A stretch of 64,000 bases of DNA from a virus: the IMG/VR virus record IMGVR_UViG_3300047160_020099, positions 97,937 to 161,936 of that record; one strand, 5' to 3'. The position numbers and the translations under genes were made by a program. Under the pieces are notes generated by a model, which did not search any database, was not told the origin of the DNA, and saw only the letters and a list, made by a program, of their open reading frames with translations. Numbering within the stretch: the stretch's first letter is position 1; each line of letters starts with the position of its first letter. Shown one piece after another: positions 1 through 9,253 of this stretch.

Positions 1-2
1 AC

Positions 3-626
3 GTGAGTAACATCAAGCACCTCGTCATCCGGAACATCACGGTTCGGAAGGTCGAATACGAGGTCACGGTTTCGGCGACGGGCCAGTTCTCCACCACTTG
101 CAACGGACGGCAGTACACTGCCAACTCGCTTGCCAAGCTGCGGCAGAAGGTGGTGGAGGCCACGAAGCGCGGTCCAACTCGTATCGACGTGCCGTTCTCC
201 CGCGTTGAGACGAACGGTACGGTGAGGCACGGCAGCGTGATCAGCCGGAACTCGTGGACCCGGGTGCTGACGGTCCGGTGGGAGGACACCGGCAAGACGG
301 AGCAGATCCACGCCAACAACCTGAACGCCGTGTGCCGACTCGATGACGACAAGGGCGAGCAGCTGAAGAATCTGATTCTCGGCGTGCAGGAGGCCCAGCG
401 CCGGCTCAGCGTGTACTGGGCTGAGCTGAACGTGAGTGTCGAGCAACGGGTGCAGGAGGCCGTGGACGCTGCCACGGTGAAGAAGGAGCCCAAGAAGGAA
501 GAGAAGGAGGTGGAGCCGAGTAAAGCACCAACGAGCGAAGGGTCTGGTGACCCTGTGCCTGAGCCTCACCTTGAGGAAGTCGGACTTCCAGGAAGCGAAG
601 TCGCAGCTACTGGACCTTATGCCTGA
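3..626 (+). CDS. hypothetical protein
   Basis: 207-aa ORF with codon usage like its neighbours; no recognisable motif; start is at the window edge. Confidence 0.6.
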   Translation: MSNIKHLVIRNITVRKVEYEVTVSATGQFSTTCNGRQYTANSLAKLRQKVVEATKRGPTRIDVPFSRVETNGTVRHGSVISRNSWTRVLTVRWEDTGKTEQIHANNLNAVCRLDDDKGEQLKNLILGVQEAQRRLSVYWAELNVSVEQRVQEAVDAATVKKEPKKEEKEVEPSKAPTSEGSGDPVPEPHLEEVGLPGSEVAATGPYA

Positions 627-744
627 GCTGCCGGAGGCCATCTACGACATCGCTCAGATGCTGGCAGGGCAAAGTGACAAGGAGTCCTTTCACCAAATCT
701 ACTGTGACGCTACGAAGGAGTGATGGCGTACAGCGGTAACCAAG

Positions 745-776
745 GACGCGGTGGTTACGACCACCGCGTCTTCTTT
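745..776 (+). terminator. Rho-independent terminator
   Basis: GACGCGGTGGT-TACG-ACCACCGCGTC hairpin followed by TTCTTT. Confidence 0.65.
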
Positions 777-790
777 ACTCAGGAGGATCC

Positions 791-1027
791 ATGGCGCCTT
801 ACACCAAGACGCACAAGAAAAATGCGATGCCAGACGGTGACGATGGTTGGTTGGTGACCGAAGCCGATGGCACGGTTCTGGCAGTATGTTTGACAGAAAC
901 CATTGCTGAGATAGTTATGTGGGGCTTGTTGACTGGGCCGGAAGAAGTGCCCAATTACGAGGCCGACAAGCCATATGGCGAACCTGAAGAGACCCAAGAG
1001 GATACCAATGAAGAAGAAGACAGCTAA
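791..1027 (+). CDS. hypothetical acidic protein
   Basis: AGGAGG RBS upstream; 78 aa. Confidence 0.65.
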   Translation: MAPYTKTHKKNAMPDGDDGWLVTEADGTVLAVCLTETIAEIVMWGLLTGPEEVPNYEADKPYGEPEETQEDTNEEEDS

Positions 1028-1577
1028 CACAGCGCTACCGCCACGCCTCAAGAAGCCGCTCACACCCAAGAAGCTACGGGCCTTGTGTGATGAAGAGAAC
1101 CATATCACAGTTGTGATTGCCGTCGAACTGGGCGAGCTGGCCTGCTGTTCCAGAGATGGCACGTATGAAGGGCTCAATGAGATTGCTGACGAGCAGATAT
1201 GTGACGACCGCTTCTGTCTGCTGGACTTGTCTTATAGGCCTGTTGGTGTCGAAGGAGACAAGGTCCTGATCGAGGTCAGTGCCGATGCGAGTGACGCACT
1301 GGGAGACATGGAAGATGATTCGGCCGAGTGGTGCGACGAAGCTACTCTGTTAGCGGCGGAACATTCGTGTGGCCGATTGGTGTCAGCAACCGAGCTCAAA
1401 GACGCTGTGGCGCAGTATGCCATCTTCTCTACCCGCGAGCTGAACAAATTGCTCAAGGACAAGGAAAGGACCTTCGAGGACAACGGCGGCCGTGGCGTGG
1501 AGCTGGCTGACGATATCGACTCCATGCGGATGGCACTAGCCGTACGACGTGTGAAGAAAGAGAAGACGAAGGGCTAA
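1008..1577 (+). CDS. hypothetical protein
   Basis: ORF 975..1577; likely start MKKK at 1008 after GAGG. Confidence 0.6.
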   Translation: MKKKTANTALPPRLKKPLTPKKLRALCDEENHITVVIAVELGELACCSRDGTYEGLNEIADEQICDDRFCLLDLSYRPVGVEGDKVLIEVSADASDALGDMEDDSAEWCDEATLLAAEHSCGRLVSATELKDAVAQYAIFSTRELNKLLKDKERTFEDNGGRGVELADDIDSMRMALAVRRVKKEKTKG

Positions 1578-1579
1578 GC

Positions 1580-1816
1580 ATGCCAAAATACCTCGTCACT
1601 CTCGAAGCCCGCGTCACATATGACAGCACCGCACAGATTGAGATTGATGCTGACGATCTCGAAGATGCCACGGCTTACGCCCAGTCTCTCATCAGTGGCA
1701 ACAACCATCTCGACGTGAAATGGGAGCGACTCGACGAGCCCCACCATGACGCCAGCATTGTCAGTGTCGAGCGGGTAGGCAAACCCGCAAGATCAAGGCG
1801 ACCCAGAACAAGCTAA
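1580..1816 (+). CDS. hypothetical protein
   Basis: 78-aa ORF abutting the previous stop. Confidence 0.55.
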   Translation: MPKYLVTLEARVTYDSTAQIEIDADDLEDATAYAQSLISGNNHLDVKWERLDEPHHDASIVSVERVGKPARSRRPRTS

Positions 1817-1877
1817 GCCAACTTTGGCGTCGTCCTGACTGCTCTGTTTGAAGTGTTAGCCGTAAGGATGCCCACCG

Positions 1878-2624
1878 ATGGGCCAATATGCTTACCCCGA
1901 TTTTCGCCTTCCTGACGTCTTCAGCAAGGGCAATACCAAGCTGGGTAGAGACGTCCTGACGTTTTCGCTTCCGGTGATAACCACGTGTCCCGGCAGCTCT
2001 TCCGTCTGTCGTGATCTCTGCTATGCCGACCGTGCCCAGAGCCGGTTCAGCACGCCCGCGGTCAGACGGTGTTACGAAGAGAACCTTGAACTCTCGAAGC
2101 GAGACGACTTTCATCTAATCGTCACAGACCTGCTATCGAGGCCGCGCCGTGACAACATCATGGTGCGTCTGCACGTCTCTGGCGATTACTATGACGAAGC
2201 CTACGCCCGAAAATGGCTCTATGTTGTCGGGCACAGCCCGCGTATCACGTTCTGGTGCTATACCCGCTCCTGGCGGGTCCCAGCCATCCGACCTGTACTT
2301 GAGGAACTCGGCGGTATGCCGAACATGAGTCTGTGGTACTCATGTGACAAGGAAACCGGCCGGCCGGTCGATTTCCATCCAGCAATCAGGCTGGCTTACA
2401 TGCGGATCGCCGAGAGCGACAAGCCAGCCTACACACCCGACCTGTACTTTCGCGAACACGCCATCCGCAAAACAGTCGAGAAGCACGTGGGCGGCACCCT
2501 GGTGTGTCCGCCCGAGAATGGCGTGAGCCACAGCGTACGCTGCACAAGCTGCCGAATCTGTGTCGTTCGTTCGGATGATACAGCCAAGCGGACGAAGGAT
2601 CGGTTTCCGCTGGAAGTATTGTAA
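1878..2624 (+). CDS. GP88-family (radical-SAM-like fold) phage protein
   Basis: GNTKLG..FSLP..TCPG..CxxxCYA, RLHVSGDYY, FWCYTRSW and C-terminal CP..CxxCxxC, the pattern of phage gene-88-type proteins. Confidence 0.65.
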   Translation: MGQYAYPDFRLPDVFSKGNTKLGRDVLTFSLPVITTCPGSSSVCRDLCYADRAQSRFSTPAVRRCYEENLELSKRDDFHLIVTDLLSRPRRDNIMVRLHVSGDYYDEAYARKWLYVVGHSPRITFWCYTRSWRVPAIRPVLEELGGMPNMSLWYSCDKETGRPVDFHPAIRLAYMRIAESDKPAYTPDLYFREHAIRKTVEKHVGGTLVCPPENGVSHSVRCTSCRICVVRSDDTAKRTKDRFPLEVL

Positions 2625-2628
2625 TACT
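2615..2628. promoter_or_regulatory. palindromic motif AGTATTNNAATACT (first of 15 dispersed copies; see findings)
   Basis: AGTATT-GT-AATACT, upstream of dcd. Confidence 0.6.
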
Positions 2629-2675
2629 CAACAACCTGGTGGCACGGAAGCCGCCAGGTCTGGAAGGAGAAACAA

Positions 2676-3371
2676 ATGAGCGATCATCAGGACCTTGACT
2701 GTTTGTTGCCCAGAGAGCAGGTTGGCAGCGAAGCCTGGCGGCGTCGCTATCAATTTGCAGGCGGAGGGGTCCTTCCGGACTGGCTGATCCGGAAGCTCAT
2801 CAAGATCGAGCCGTTCGCTGAGGCTTATAACGATTGCGTCGTCTCGTACGGCCTTGGTCACTACGGTTACGACATGCGTATTGGCTACGACTTCCGTGTC
2901 TTCACGCCGGTACACGGTGTCGTGGTTGATCCTGCCAATCTTGACGAGAGAGCTTTCGTTCATTTCGACGCCTTGCAACGAAAAGATGAACGACAGCGAC
3001 CGTATTGCTTGGTACCGCCCAATAGCTTTGCGCTTGGAGTCAGCGTCGAGGACTTCACTATTCCTCGGGACGTACTTGGTGTGTGCCTGGGGAAATCGAC
3101 CTACGCGCGTTGCGGTGTGGTAGTGAACGTTACCCCGCTGGAGCCGGAGTGGCACGGCAAGGTGACCGTCGAGATCAGCAATACCTCTCCGCTCCCAGCC
3201 AAAATCTATGCCAGCCAGGGCATTGCACAGGTTCTCTTCATCAAGGCACTTCGTACGTGCGACATCAGCTACGCTGACAAGAAGGGCAAGTACCAGGGCC
3301 AGACTTGTTTGACCTTGCCAAGAGGAGGGGGCTATGACCGCACGCAAGAAAGGCAAACGCAGCATTCGTGA
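2676..3371 (+). CDS. dcd: dCTP deaminase
   Basis: SYGLxxYGYD, GKSTYARCG, [12 protein letters not shown], EISN and [11 protein letters not shown] motifs. Confidence 0.95.
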   Translation: MSDHQDLDCLLPREQVGSEAWRRRYQFAGGGVLPDWLIRKLIKIEPFAEAYNDCVVSYGLGHYGYDMRIGYDFRVFTPVHGVVVDPANLDERAFVHFDALQRKDERQRPYCLVPPNSFALGVSVEDFTIPRDVLGVCLGKSTYARCGVVVNVTPLEPEWHGKVTVEISNTSPLPAKIYASQGIAQVLFIKALRTCDISYADKKGKYQGQTCLTLPRGGGYDRTQERQTQHS

Positions 3372-3606
3372 CCGGCTGGCTGCGCTGGTCGAGTACGAAA
3401 TCGGTCTGTTCCCCGAAGACTTCACCGAGAGTGACCCTCTTGGCAGTTGGCTGGCAGACGACGAGATGCTCCAGTCCGACCTGGGCGAAAACATAGCCGA
3501 CGAGTTCGGACTGGAGCTTGCGGTAGATGAGCCAATCTTCCACAAAAAGGATCTCACCTTCGAGGAACTGTTGGCATGGGTAACGCAGAAGTTGAAGCCG
3601 CACTGA
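3334..3606 (+). CDS. acyl-carrier-protein-like protein lacking the phosphopantetheine Ser
   Basis: Aligns by eye with ACP along its length ([35 protein letters not shown]); DSL is replaced by DEM. Confidence 0.55.
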   Translation: MTARKKGKRSIRDRLAALVEYEIGLFPEDFTESDPLGSWLADDEMLQSDLGENIADEFGLELAVDEPIFHKKDLTFEELLAWVTQKLKPH

Positions 3607-4313
3607 GTATCAATGAAGATCCTCGCGATACCGGCCACATCATCAGAGTGTTGCAGGTGCTTGGTTTGTGCGGCATAGACCTCGGCAAGGGCAAGGAATT
3701 CAGTGATGACGCACTGAACCTTTTTGATCAGGCAGCAAAGGAGTACCACTTGGCAGCAACCAAGAGTTACATACGGTTTGTCATGGAGGGCAAACCGTGG
3801 CACGAGGAAGTAACCTTGTGGCGTGATCAGGAGTCGGAACCGTCGAAGGTCGCCCCGCTCATCTTGGCAGCGTATGACAAGGCCTCTCACGAAGGCTCAC
3901 CAAAAGGACTATGCCGGCCCATCCACTGTGCCTCATTTCTGGTCTCGTTGTCACCGGCAACTCTGTATTTCCACTCTCGGGATGTGGCATCGCCCGCCGC
4001 CGGGCCTACCAGGGAGCAGGCCATCGTGGAAGCCATCGGCTATCCGATGCGCCCTTCACACGCCCCGTTGTCGCCGGTCCTTGACTACTTCTACATCGTC
4101 TACTGCATCAACCTGGCTGAGATGAAGGACCAGGAACTTCGGGCACGCTGGGAGGCCGAGATCCTCGGTATGACGCCGGCCTACATGAAAGAGCCGAAGG
4201 TCCAGAACCTGGAGGTCATCTACCAGCGTCAGGACATCGCCGAACTGGCCAAGTATGTCACCCGGCTGGCAAACCTGCATGCTCTGGGCGGACAGCCGGA
4301 GAAGCCGTTTTGA
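3576..4313 (+). CDS. hypothetical protein
   Basis: 245-aa ORF in the co-directional gene run. Confidence 0.6.
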   Translation: MGNAEVEAALSINEDPRDTGHIIRVLQVLGLCGIDLGKGKEFSDDALNLFDQAAKEYHLAATKSYIRFVMEGKPWHEEVTLWRDQESEPSKVAPLILAAYDKASHEGSPKGLCRPIHCASFLVSLSPATLYFHSRDVASPAAGPTREQAIVEAIGYPMRPSHAPLSPVLDYFYIVYCINLAEMKDQELRARWEAEILGMTPAYMKEPKVQNLEVIYQRQDIAELAKYVTRLANLHALGGQPEKPF

Positions 4314-5296
4314 GCAACAAGGTCAAGGTCGCCTTCAGACACCTGTGTCTCAACAGGAAGATGCATCGTGTCTGGCTGATGACGAACGGCCAGCTGGTGT
4401 TCCCAGATCATCCGGACGGCATGAAGGAGCTGACTCGCTACCTGAATCTCACAGAATTGGGTGGTGAGCACTGTGCTTGTGCCGACATGTGGGACCTCTT
4501 TCGCCAAGGGGAAATAATGGCCTTGCCAAAAGTCCTGGCACGGGAGCGACAGCATCCTGGTCATGGTTACTATCTTCACAACCTTCCATGGCGTATCCGG
4601 AGACGTTACAGCAAGCTTGTTCGTTGGCCTTTGTCTGAGCCAGCAGAACCTTTGCTTCCGGATATTGACGAAAATGGCAAGCAGACGAAGCCTGACTTCT
4701 ACAAGCGAGTAGTTTACGCTGTTGTAGTTGAACTGCGCAGACGAGGCCACCACGTCGTCGCGAAGGATAACTACACCACATTGCGTCTGTTGGGCAAAAC
4801 CGACAAAGACGAAGTGACGTTGTTGCGTTTCACATACAGCGGTGGTGACGGCTTTTTCACCGTACACGCCCTTGGCAATATTCTCAGTAGTAGCACGATT
4901 TGCGGACGGAACATAACTGCTGACGAGAGCAAGAACCCGCCGGTCACATTTCTGGTCGAGTGCGTCGAGAGGCTACTCATTGGCCTGTTGCTCCACAAAG
5001 CCATTCATCGAAATGAGGATAAGTGGGAAACGAGATGTGAGGCCTCCGTGCGCTTGGCCGAGACCAATCACGGCGTGCCACATCTGACTATTGTGCCTAC
5101 CGCTTCATATGCCACCGGCGGCTTCGATTTGAAACTCACCGACCTGACACCGCAAGCTATACGACTGTGTGTAAGAGAGCTCAGTCGGCTCGGTGGTAAG
5201 TTAACCGCCATTCGGAAAGCTTCTGCGATCAGACTTGATAACCCGAACCGTTTCCCGGGCGTACCTGGAAACGGCTTTGGGAAAGGCGAGGTATAG
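4310..5296 (+). CDS. hypothetical protein (N-terminal domain paralogous to 6866..7708)
   Basis: 4-bp overlap with the previous gene; shared H-x-I/V-x-L-x-T-x-GQL-x-F-xx-H..EL-x-R-x-LNL...GGE...C segment. Confidence 0.65.
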   Translation: MSNKVKVAFRHLCLNRKMHRVWLMTNGQLVFPDHPDGMKELTRYLNLTELGGEHCACADMWDLFRQGEIMALPKVLARERQHPGHGYYLHNLPWRIRRRYSKLVRWPLSEPAEPLLPDIDENGKQTKPDFYKRVVYAVVVELRRRGHHVVAKDNYTTLRLLGKTDKDEVTLLRFTYSGGDGFFTVHALGNILSSSTICGRNITADESKNPPVTFLVECVERLLIGLLLHKAIHRNEDKWETRCEASVRLAETNHGVPHLTIVPTASYATGGFDLKLTDLTPQAIRLCVRELSRLGGKLTAIRKASAIRLDNPNRFPGVPGNGFGKGEV

Positions 5297-5298
5297 AC

Positions 5299-6366
5299 AT
5301 GGTTCGAAGACTGACGAAGAAACAACACCGCAAGAAGAAGCTCAAGGGCCGCGACGTACGTAAGCAAAGCAAGATTCCCGCCTGGCTACCCTTCCGGCAA
5401 GTTCCCAACGAAGAAATCATCAATCAGCAGCCTGAGCATATGCGAGAGCAGGCTGCCGCGTCGATTGCCGGTGCTCAGATATATGTCAACAACCACTATT
5501 ACGTGACCGCCCGTCAAGTCCCGACCGGGTTCGGACTCATGTTCTGCCTGGAGATCCGGCGACACGATCAGGAGCCGATCCACGACTGGCGCGAGCTGCA
5601 AAAGGTCAAGAACATGCTCGTCGGCTCCGAGGCCGAGGGTGTGGAACTCTACCCAGCAGAGTCACGGCTCGTGGACGCCTCCAACGTGACCTACATGTAC
5701 TGCTTGCCGGCCAAGACTGGTTCCGACAACAAGCCGCTCACCGACGAGAACGGACTGTGGCAGTTCCAGCAGTTCCCGTTCGGCTTTGGCAAGCGATTGG
5801 TCAGCGAAACGCCGACCAACATCAAGCAGCGGCCGTGGCGCAAGGAAGACCGCCCGAACGATCTGGTTGTCTTGACGCCCGAGAAGATCAAGGCGGCTTT
5901 CGAGGAGTTCGTACGCAAGCGTGCCGAGGCGCAGCGTGCCCAGGAAGAGGCCCAGGGGCTTCACCAGGGCGTCCAGGAGCTTCAGGACGCTGAGGAGCCT
6001 TCCAAGCTGCTGGACACGGTCCTGGGGGCCAGCAAGGCCCTCGTGGTCGAGAAGCGTGGACAGGCTTTTGTGGACAACATGTGCGGCCGGGTACTTGAGC
6101 TTGTCAATTACCGCAAAGGCTTGATGGCCAAGCAGCCACAGGCTCCCGGTGATGTCGAGGACGCGAACAACCTTGCCGGCGAGATCAACCGGATCATCAA
6201 GATGTTCGACGACGTCCAGAAGGAGGCAGAAAGTGCCGAACAACAAACTCCACTGGGTGACGGACTCCCTGGAGGAAGTGGTGAGAGTGGAACAAGCATT
6301 ATTGCGACTGAGACCCCTGCTGGAGAGCAGCTCGACCATCAAGGAGAACCGGGAAACCATCCTTGA
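5299..6366 (+). CDS. conserved phage protein with coiled-coil tail
   Basis: IRRHDxxPIHDWRELQxxKN.LVG.E.EGVELYPAESRLVD motif, recalled from other phage hypothetical proteins. Confidence 0.7.
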   Translation: MVRRLTKKQHRKKKLKGRDVRKQSKIPAWLPFRQVPNEEIINQQPEHMREQAAASIAGAQIYVNNHYYVTARQVPTGFGLMFCLEIRRHDQEPIHDWRELQKVKNMLVGSEAEGVELYPAESRLVDASNVTYMYCLPAKTGSDNKPLTDENGLWQFQQFPFGFGKRLVSETPTNIKQRPWRKEDRPNDLVVLTPEKIKAAFEEFVRKRAEAQRAQEEAQGLHQGVQELQDAEEPSKLLDTVLGASKALVVEKRGQAFVDNMCGRVLELVNYRKGLMAKQPQAPGDVEDANNLAGEINRIIKMFDDVQKEAESAEQQTPLGDGLPGGSGESGTSIIATETPAGEQLDHQGEPGNHP

Positions 6367-6455
6367 GTGCATCAGCTGCATCAAGAACAAGGTACAGAGT
6401 ATTGACTGGCAGATGATTTCGCTTGCGATCGCTCTTGGATCTACTTGAGGAAGAC

Positions 6456-6866
6456 ATGTCTCGTTATGTGATCCACATCAATCAGGCCGTGCTCAAGCGT
6501 AACCTGAAAACAGGTGAGCGGGAGCCGGCCGTCACATTCAAGAAGAAATCGGGCGGCCGAGCTACGACCGCTCATCAGGTTTCCATGCGTGACGCGACCG
6601 GGCGAGAGCTCGGTCGCGTCGTCTGTTCCATCGACAAGCCGCTGAAGTGCGGCGCCAGGGCCTGGGTCGAGACTGCGTTTCTTGATCTGTGGCCTCTCGG
6701 CTTGAACGGGGAGCTTGTCAGTATTCCTGTTCATGCAGAGAAACGAGCGGTATGCATACCAATTGGCGCTATATTGCCAAAACACGTCGCCATTGCCACA
6801 GAGTTGGTTAACACCCTCGGCACAGAGGCGACACTTGACCTGATTTGTACATTAGGAGGAAAGTGA
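6456..6866 (+). CDS. conserved phage hypothetical protein
   Basis: IHINQ..LKRNLK...EP and KPLKCGARAWVET motifs; GAGG RBS before ATG 6456. Confidence 0.65.
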   Translation: MSRYVIHINQAVLKRNLKTGEREPAVTFKKKSGGRATTAHQVSMRDATGRELGRVVCSIDKPLKCGARAWVETAFLDLWPLGLNGELVSIPVHAEKRAVCIPIGAILPKHVAIATELVNTLGTEATLDLICTLGGK

Positions 6867-7708
6867 TGGCCAAAGTCGGTTTCCTCTTCATCCGACGGGT
6901 TCGCTGCCGCGATGGCAAGATTCACAAGATCGGACTGACTACCAAAGGCCAGCTGGCTTTTTTCAACCACACAAAAGCTGAACTCAAGCGACTGTTGAAC
7001 CTTGCGGCCGTCGGTGGCGAACTCTCGCGCTGCATCGGCATTTTGAAGAGTGTCCGCGGCGTTGAGTCCAAGGAGTGCTCACATCACATTGACTTCTCCA
7101 AGGAGAGTCTGACCAGGCAGTCCATGCGCAAGCAGCCCGCAAAGAGGCTTGCCTGGAAGATCCACAACAAGCTCAGGGCCAGACGCGGCGAGGAGCTGAT
7201 TCCGAAGCTGAACCTTGAGCTTGTTGCACCAGAAGAGCGGACGAAGGTGTTTATGCAAGCCGTTGCCACGGTGCTTGCTCGACGTGGCATTGAGACGGAG
7301 CTTACCTCACACAAGCGGGCCTATCCGACGAAACATTGTGCTGACCATACCTACCACATGCTCAGCATCTCTTGTGCTCCCAAGCTGCGTAAGCGGCTCA
7401 TTCACAACAGGAGCTATCACTACGTCACGATGAAGTGGTTTGAGCTAATACCCATGCCTTCGGCCGATCGCCTGATCGTTGCCACATACTACGGCACCTG
7501 GCAACGCGGCGGCGTGAGGCTGCTGAACTGGAAGTATGGCGGACGGATCGTTCGTAGCAAGATGCTCGACGTTGACGTAAGAGCCATAGCCGACAATATC
7601 GAGCGGTGTCTCATCTACAACCTGCAGGTTCTGCCGAAGGTCAGAAAGATACTCGGGCCTCCGGAAGGTAAGAGCAGAAAACACGAAGCGAAGGAGATCA
7701 AGCTATGA
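6866..7708 (+). CDS. hypothetical basic protein (paralog of 4310..5296)
   Basis: AGGAGG RBS, TGATG coupling and shared N-terminal domain. Confidence 0.65.
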   Translation: MAKVGFLFIRRVRCRDGKIHKIGLTTKGQLAFFNHTKAELKRLLNLAAVGGELSRCIGILKSVRGVESKECSHHIDFSKESLTRQSMRKQPAKRLAWKIHNKLRARRGEELIPKLNLELVAPEERTKVFMQAVATVLARRGIETELTSHKRAYPTKHCADHTYHMLSISCAPKLRKRLIHNRSYHYVTMKWFELIPMPSADRLIVATYYGTWQRGGVRLLNWKYGGRIVRSKMLDVDVRAIADNIERCLIYNLQVLPKVRKILGPPEGKSRKHEAKEIKL

Positions 7709-8241
7709 CGACAGTCAGGAGGGACACAAAGCTCTTTCCGCTAACCTCCAGCGATAGCACAGCCAAACTTGAAGAACTGGTTCTAGCCGAGCTGCATCGG
7801 CAGGGTTTCGTTGAAGGCCCCAAGAGCCTGCACAAAGGCTATACGCTCTACAAGACGATCTCTGGCATACCGGTGAATCTGCGGTTCAGAGTCTATACAG
7901 GCGGCTACGTCTACGAGCTTGTCGTGTCCTGGGGTCCGACCATCGGAGAAACCACCTATCGCTACGCCAAGCCACAGGAAGAATTTGATGTCGGCCGAGT
8001 AGTGGCCAACCTGGTGAAGTATTTGAATACTCGCAAAGAGGAGTTGCAGGTCGTCGAATTTCACACTTTGCCGTTTGGAGCTTTCTTCAAGCATGGCGAG
8101 ATAGAGTGCGTATATCTCAAAACAGAGACTGTCACACGCTCTGGCAATCGACTGAATGCAGTAGCGCTCGACATCGGGCTACATGTTGCGTTTGCGCCAC
8201 ACACCAAGGTGTACAGGATCGAATCACCGTTTGAGGATTAA
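7705..8241 (+). CDS. hypothetical protein
   Basis: ATGA overlap and AAGGAG RBS. Confidence 0.6.
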   Translation: MTTVRRDTKLFPLTSSDSTAKLEELVLAELHRQGFVEGPKSLHKGYTLYKTISGIPVNLRFRVYTGGYVYELVVSWGPTIGETTYRYAKPQEEFDVGRVVANLVKYLNTRKEELQVVEFHTLPFGAFFKHGEIECVYLKTETVTRSGNRLNAVALDIGLHVAFAPHTKVYRIESPFED

Positions 8242-8245
8242 CCCA

Positions 8246-8566
8246 ATGGCAGGCACCAGACTCAGGAAAGAGACGCTCCCCGAGAACCAGCCGTTCGACG
8301 CACAGGTGGTCATGAGGGAGCTGACTCGTGACTTCGAAGCTATCAGAGGCAAGTTGCGCGCCAGTCAGGACTTCGACGAGCGTGAACTTGAAGACATGCT
8401 CGACGACCTGATCAATTCGGCCTGCACCTTCAAGGCAGGTCTCAGGCGCCGTCGCAAGTTGCAGGACCAGATGATGCAGCACCGTCAGCAACGGTCAGCT
8501 GGCGGCACGAGTTTCAACGATATGATCAACGACTTCGTCAGTATCCACAGCAAGGAGGGAAAATGA
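8246..8566 (+). CDS. hypothetical coiled-coil protein
   Basis: ORF 8183..8566; likely start MAGTR after GAGG. Confidence 0.55.
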   Translation: MAGTRLRKETLPENQPFDAQVVMRELTRDFEAIRGKLRASQDFDERELEDMLDDLINSACTFKAGLRRRRKLQDQMMQHRQQRSAGGTSFNDMINDFVSIHSKEGK

Positions 8567-8787
8567 TCGCAGCCTCGAACCCGTTCGCCTTGCCCCTCGG
8601 TATCTATTTCATGGTCTTCGTCTTTCTGTCACTGCTGGTCCTGGCCGTCAGGTCGCCAGCCTATGGGCAGGAGAAGATCGGAGATATCCTGGCTGTCACC
8701 ATCGTGATCATCATGGTGCTGATTGTCCATCTTGTGCTCGCAGCGATGTTCGACGCACCGGTCACCTGGTGGTTGTATCGCGGGTGA
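8563..8787 (+). CDS. small two-TM membrane protein
   Basis: Two hydrophobic segments; AGGAGG RBS. Confidence 0.6.
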   Translation: MIAASNPFALPLGIYFMVFVFLSLLVLAVRSPAYGQEKIGDILAVTIVIIMVLIVHLVLAAMFDAPVTWWLYRG

Positions 8788-8940
8788 TGTACGGTTGTAC
8801 ACCGGTATAACAAAGTAATACCGATCGCAACTGTAAGGTGGTCTTTGTCTTTCAGCCGGAACGAGTGCCCGGCATGCGGTCCGGTAAGGACTAAGCATGC
8901 CGGGCACGAAGTGCCGGATGCTCTTCTCCGTAAGGAGAAG

Positions 8941-9072
8941 TATGGGTTGAATGTCAACTTAGTGTACAGCCATGCTTCTTATATGGGTTGAATGTCGTCT
9001 TAATGTACCGACCATTTTTGGCTTTTCCGGACGACCTGCTTCATATATGGGTTGAAGGTCAACTTAATGTAC
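8941..9072. repeat. three ~27-bp direct repeats (iteron-like) in a relatively AT-rich intergenic region; candidate origin
   Basis: TATGGGTTGAATGTCAACTTAGTGTAC at 8941, TATGGGTTGAATGTCGTCTTAATGTAC at 8982 and TATGGGTTGAAGGTCAACTTAATGTAC at 9046. Confidence 0.8.
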
Positions 9073-9253
9073 CACCACGCGATGAAGGAGGATTCGTAAG
9101 TGTTAACCATAAGTCTTGATGATTCGGAAATCGACATCATTGTCCATGCCCTATGGGTCTTGCGAGAGATACGCCAAGGTCAGGACATAGACGAGATAGA
9201 GGCACTACGTATGAAGATGGCAGAACTACAGTCCGTACCAGAGGCTCAACCGA

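Noticed and set aside
481-723. Second open frame overlapping the end of the first ORF (possible frameshift product)
   Set aside because: It looks protein-like but has no clear start or slippery site, so it cannot be supported.
8941-9072. Mini-CRISPR array
   Set aside because: Gaps between the 27-bp repeats are 14 and 37 nt, there are only three degenerate copies, and no cas genes are present; iterons fit better.
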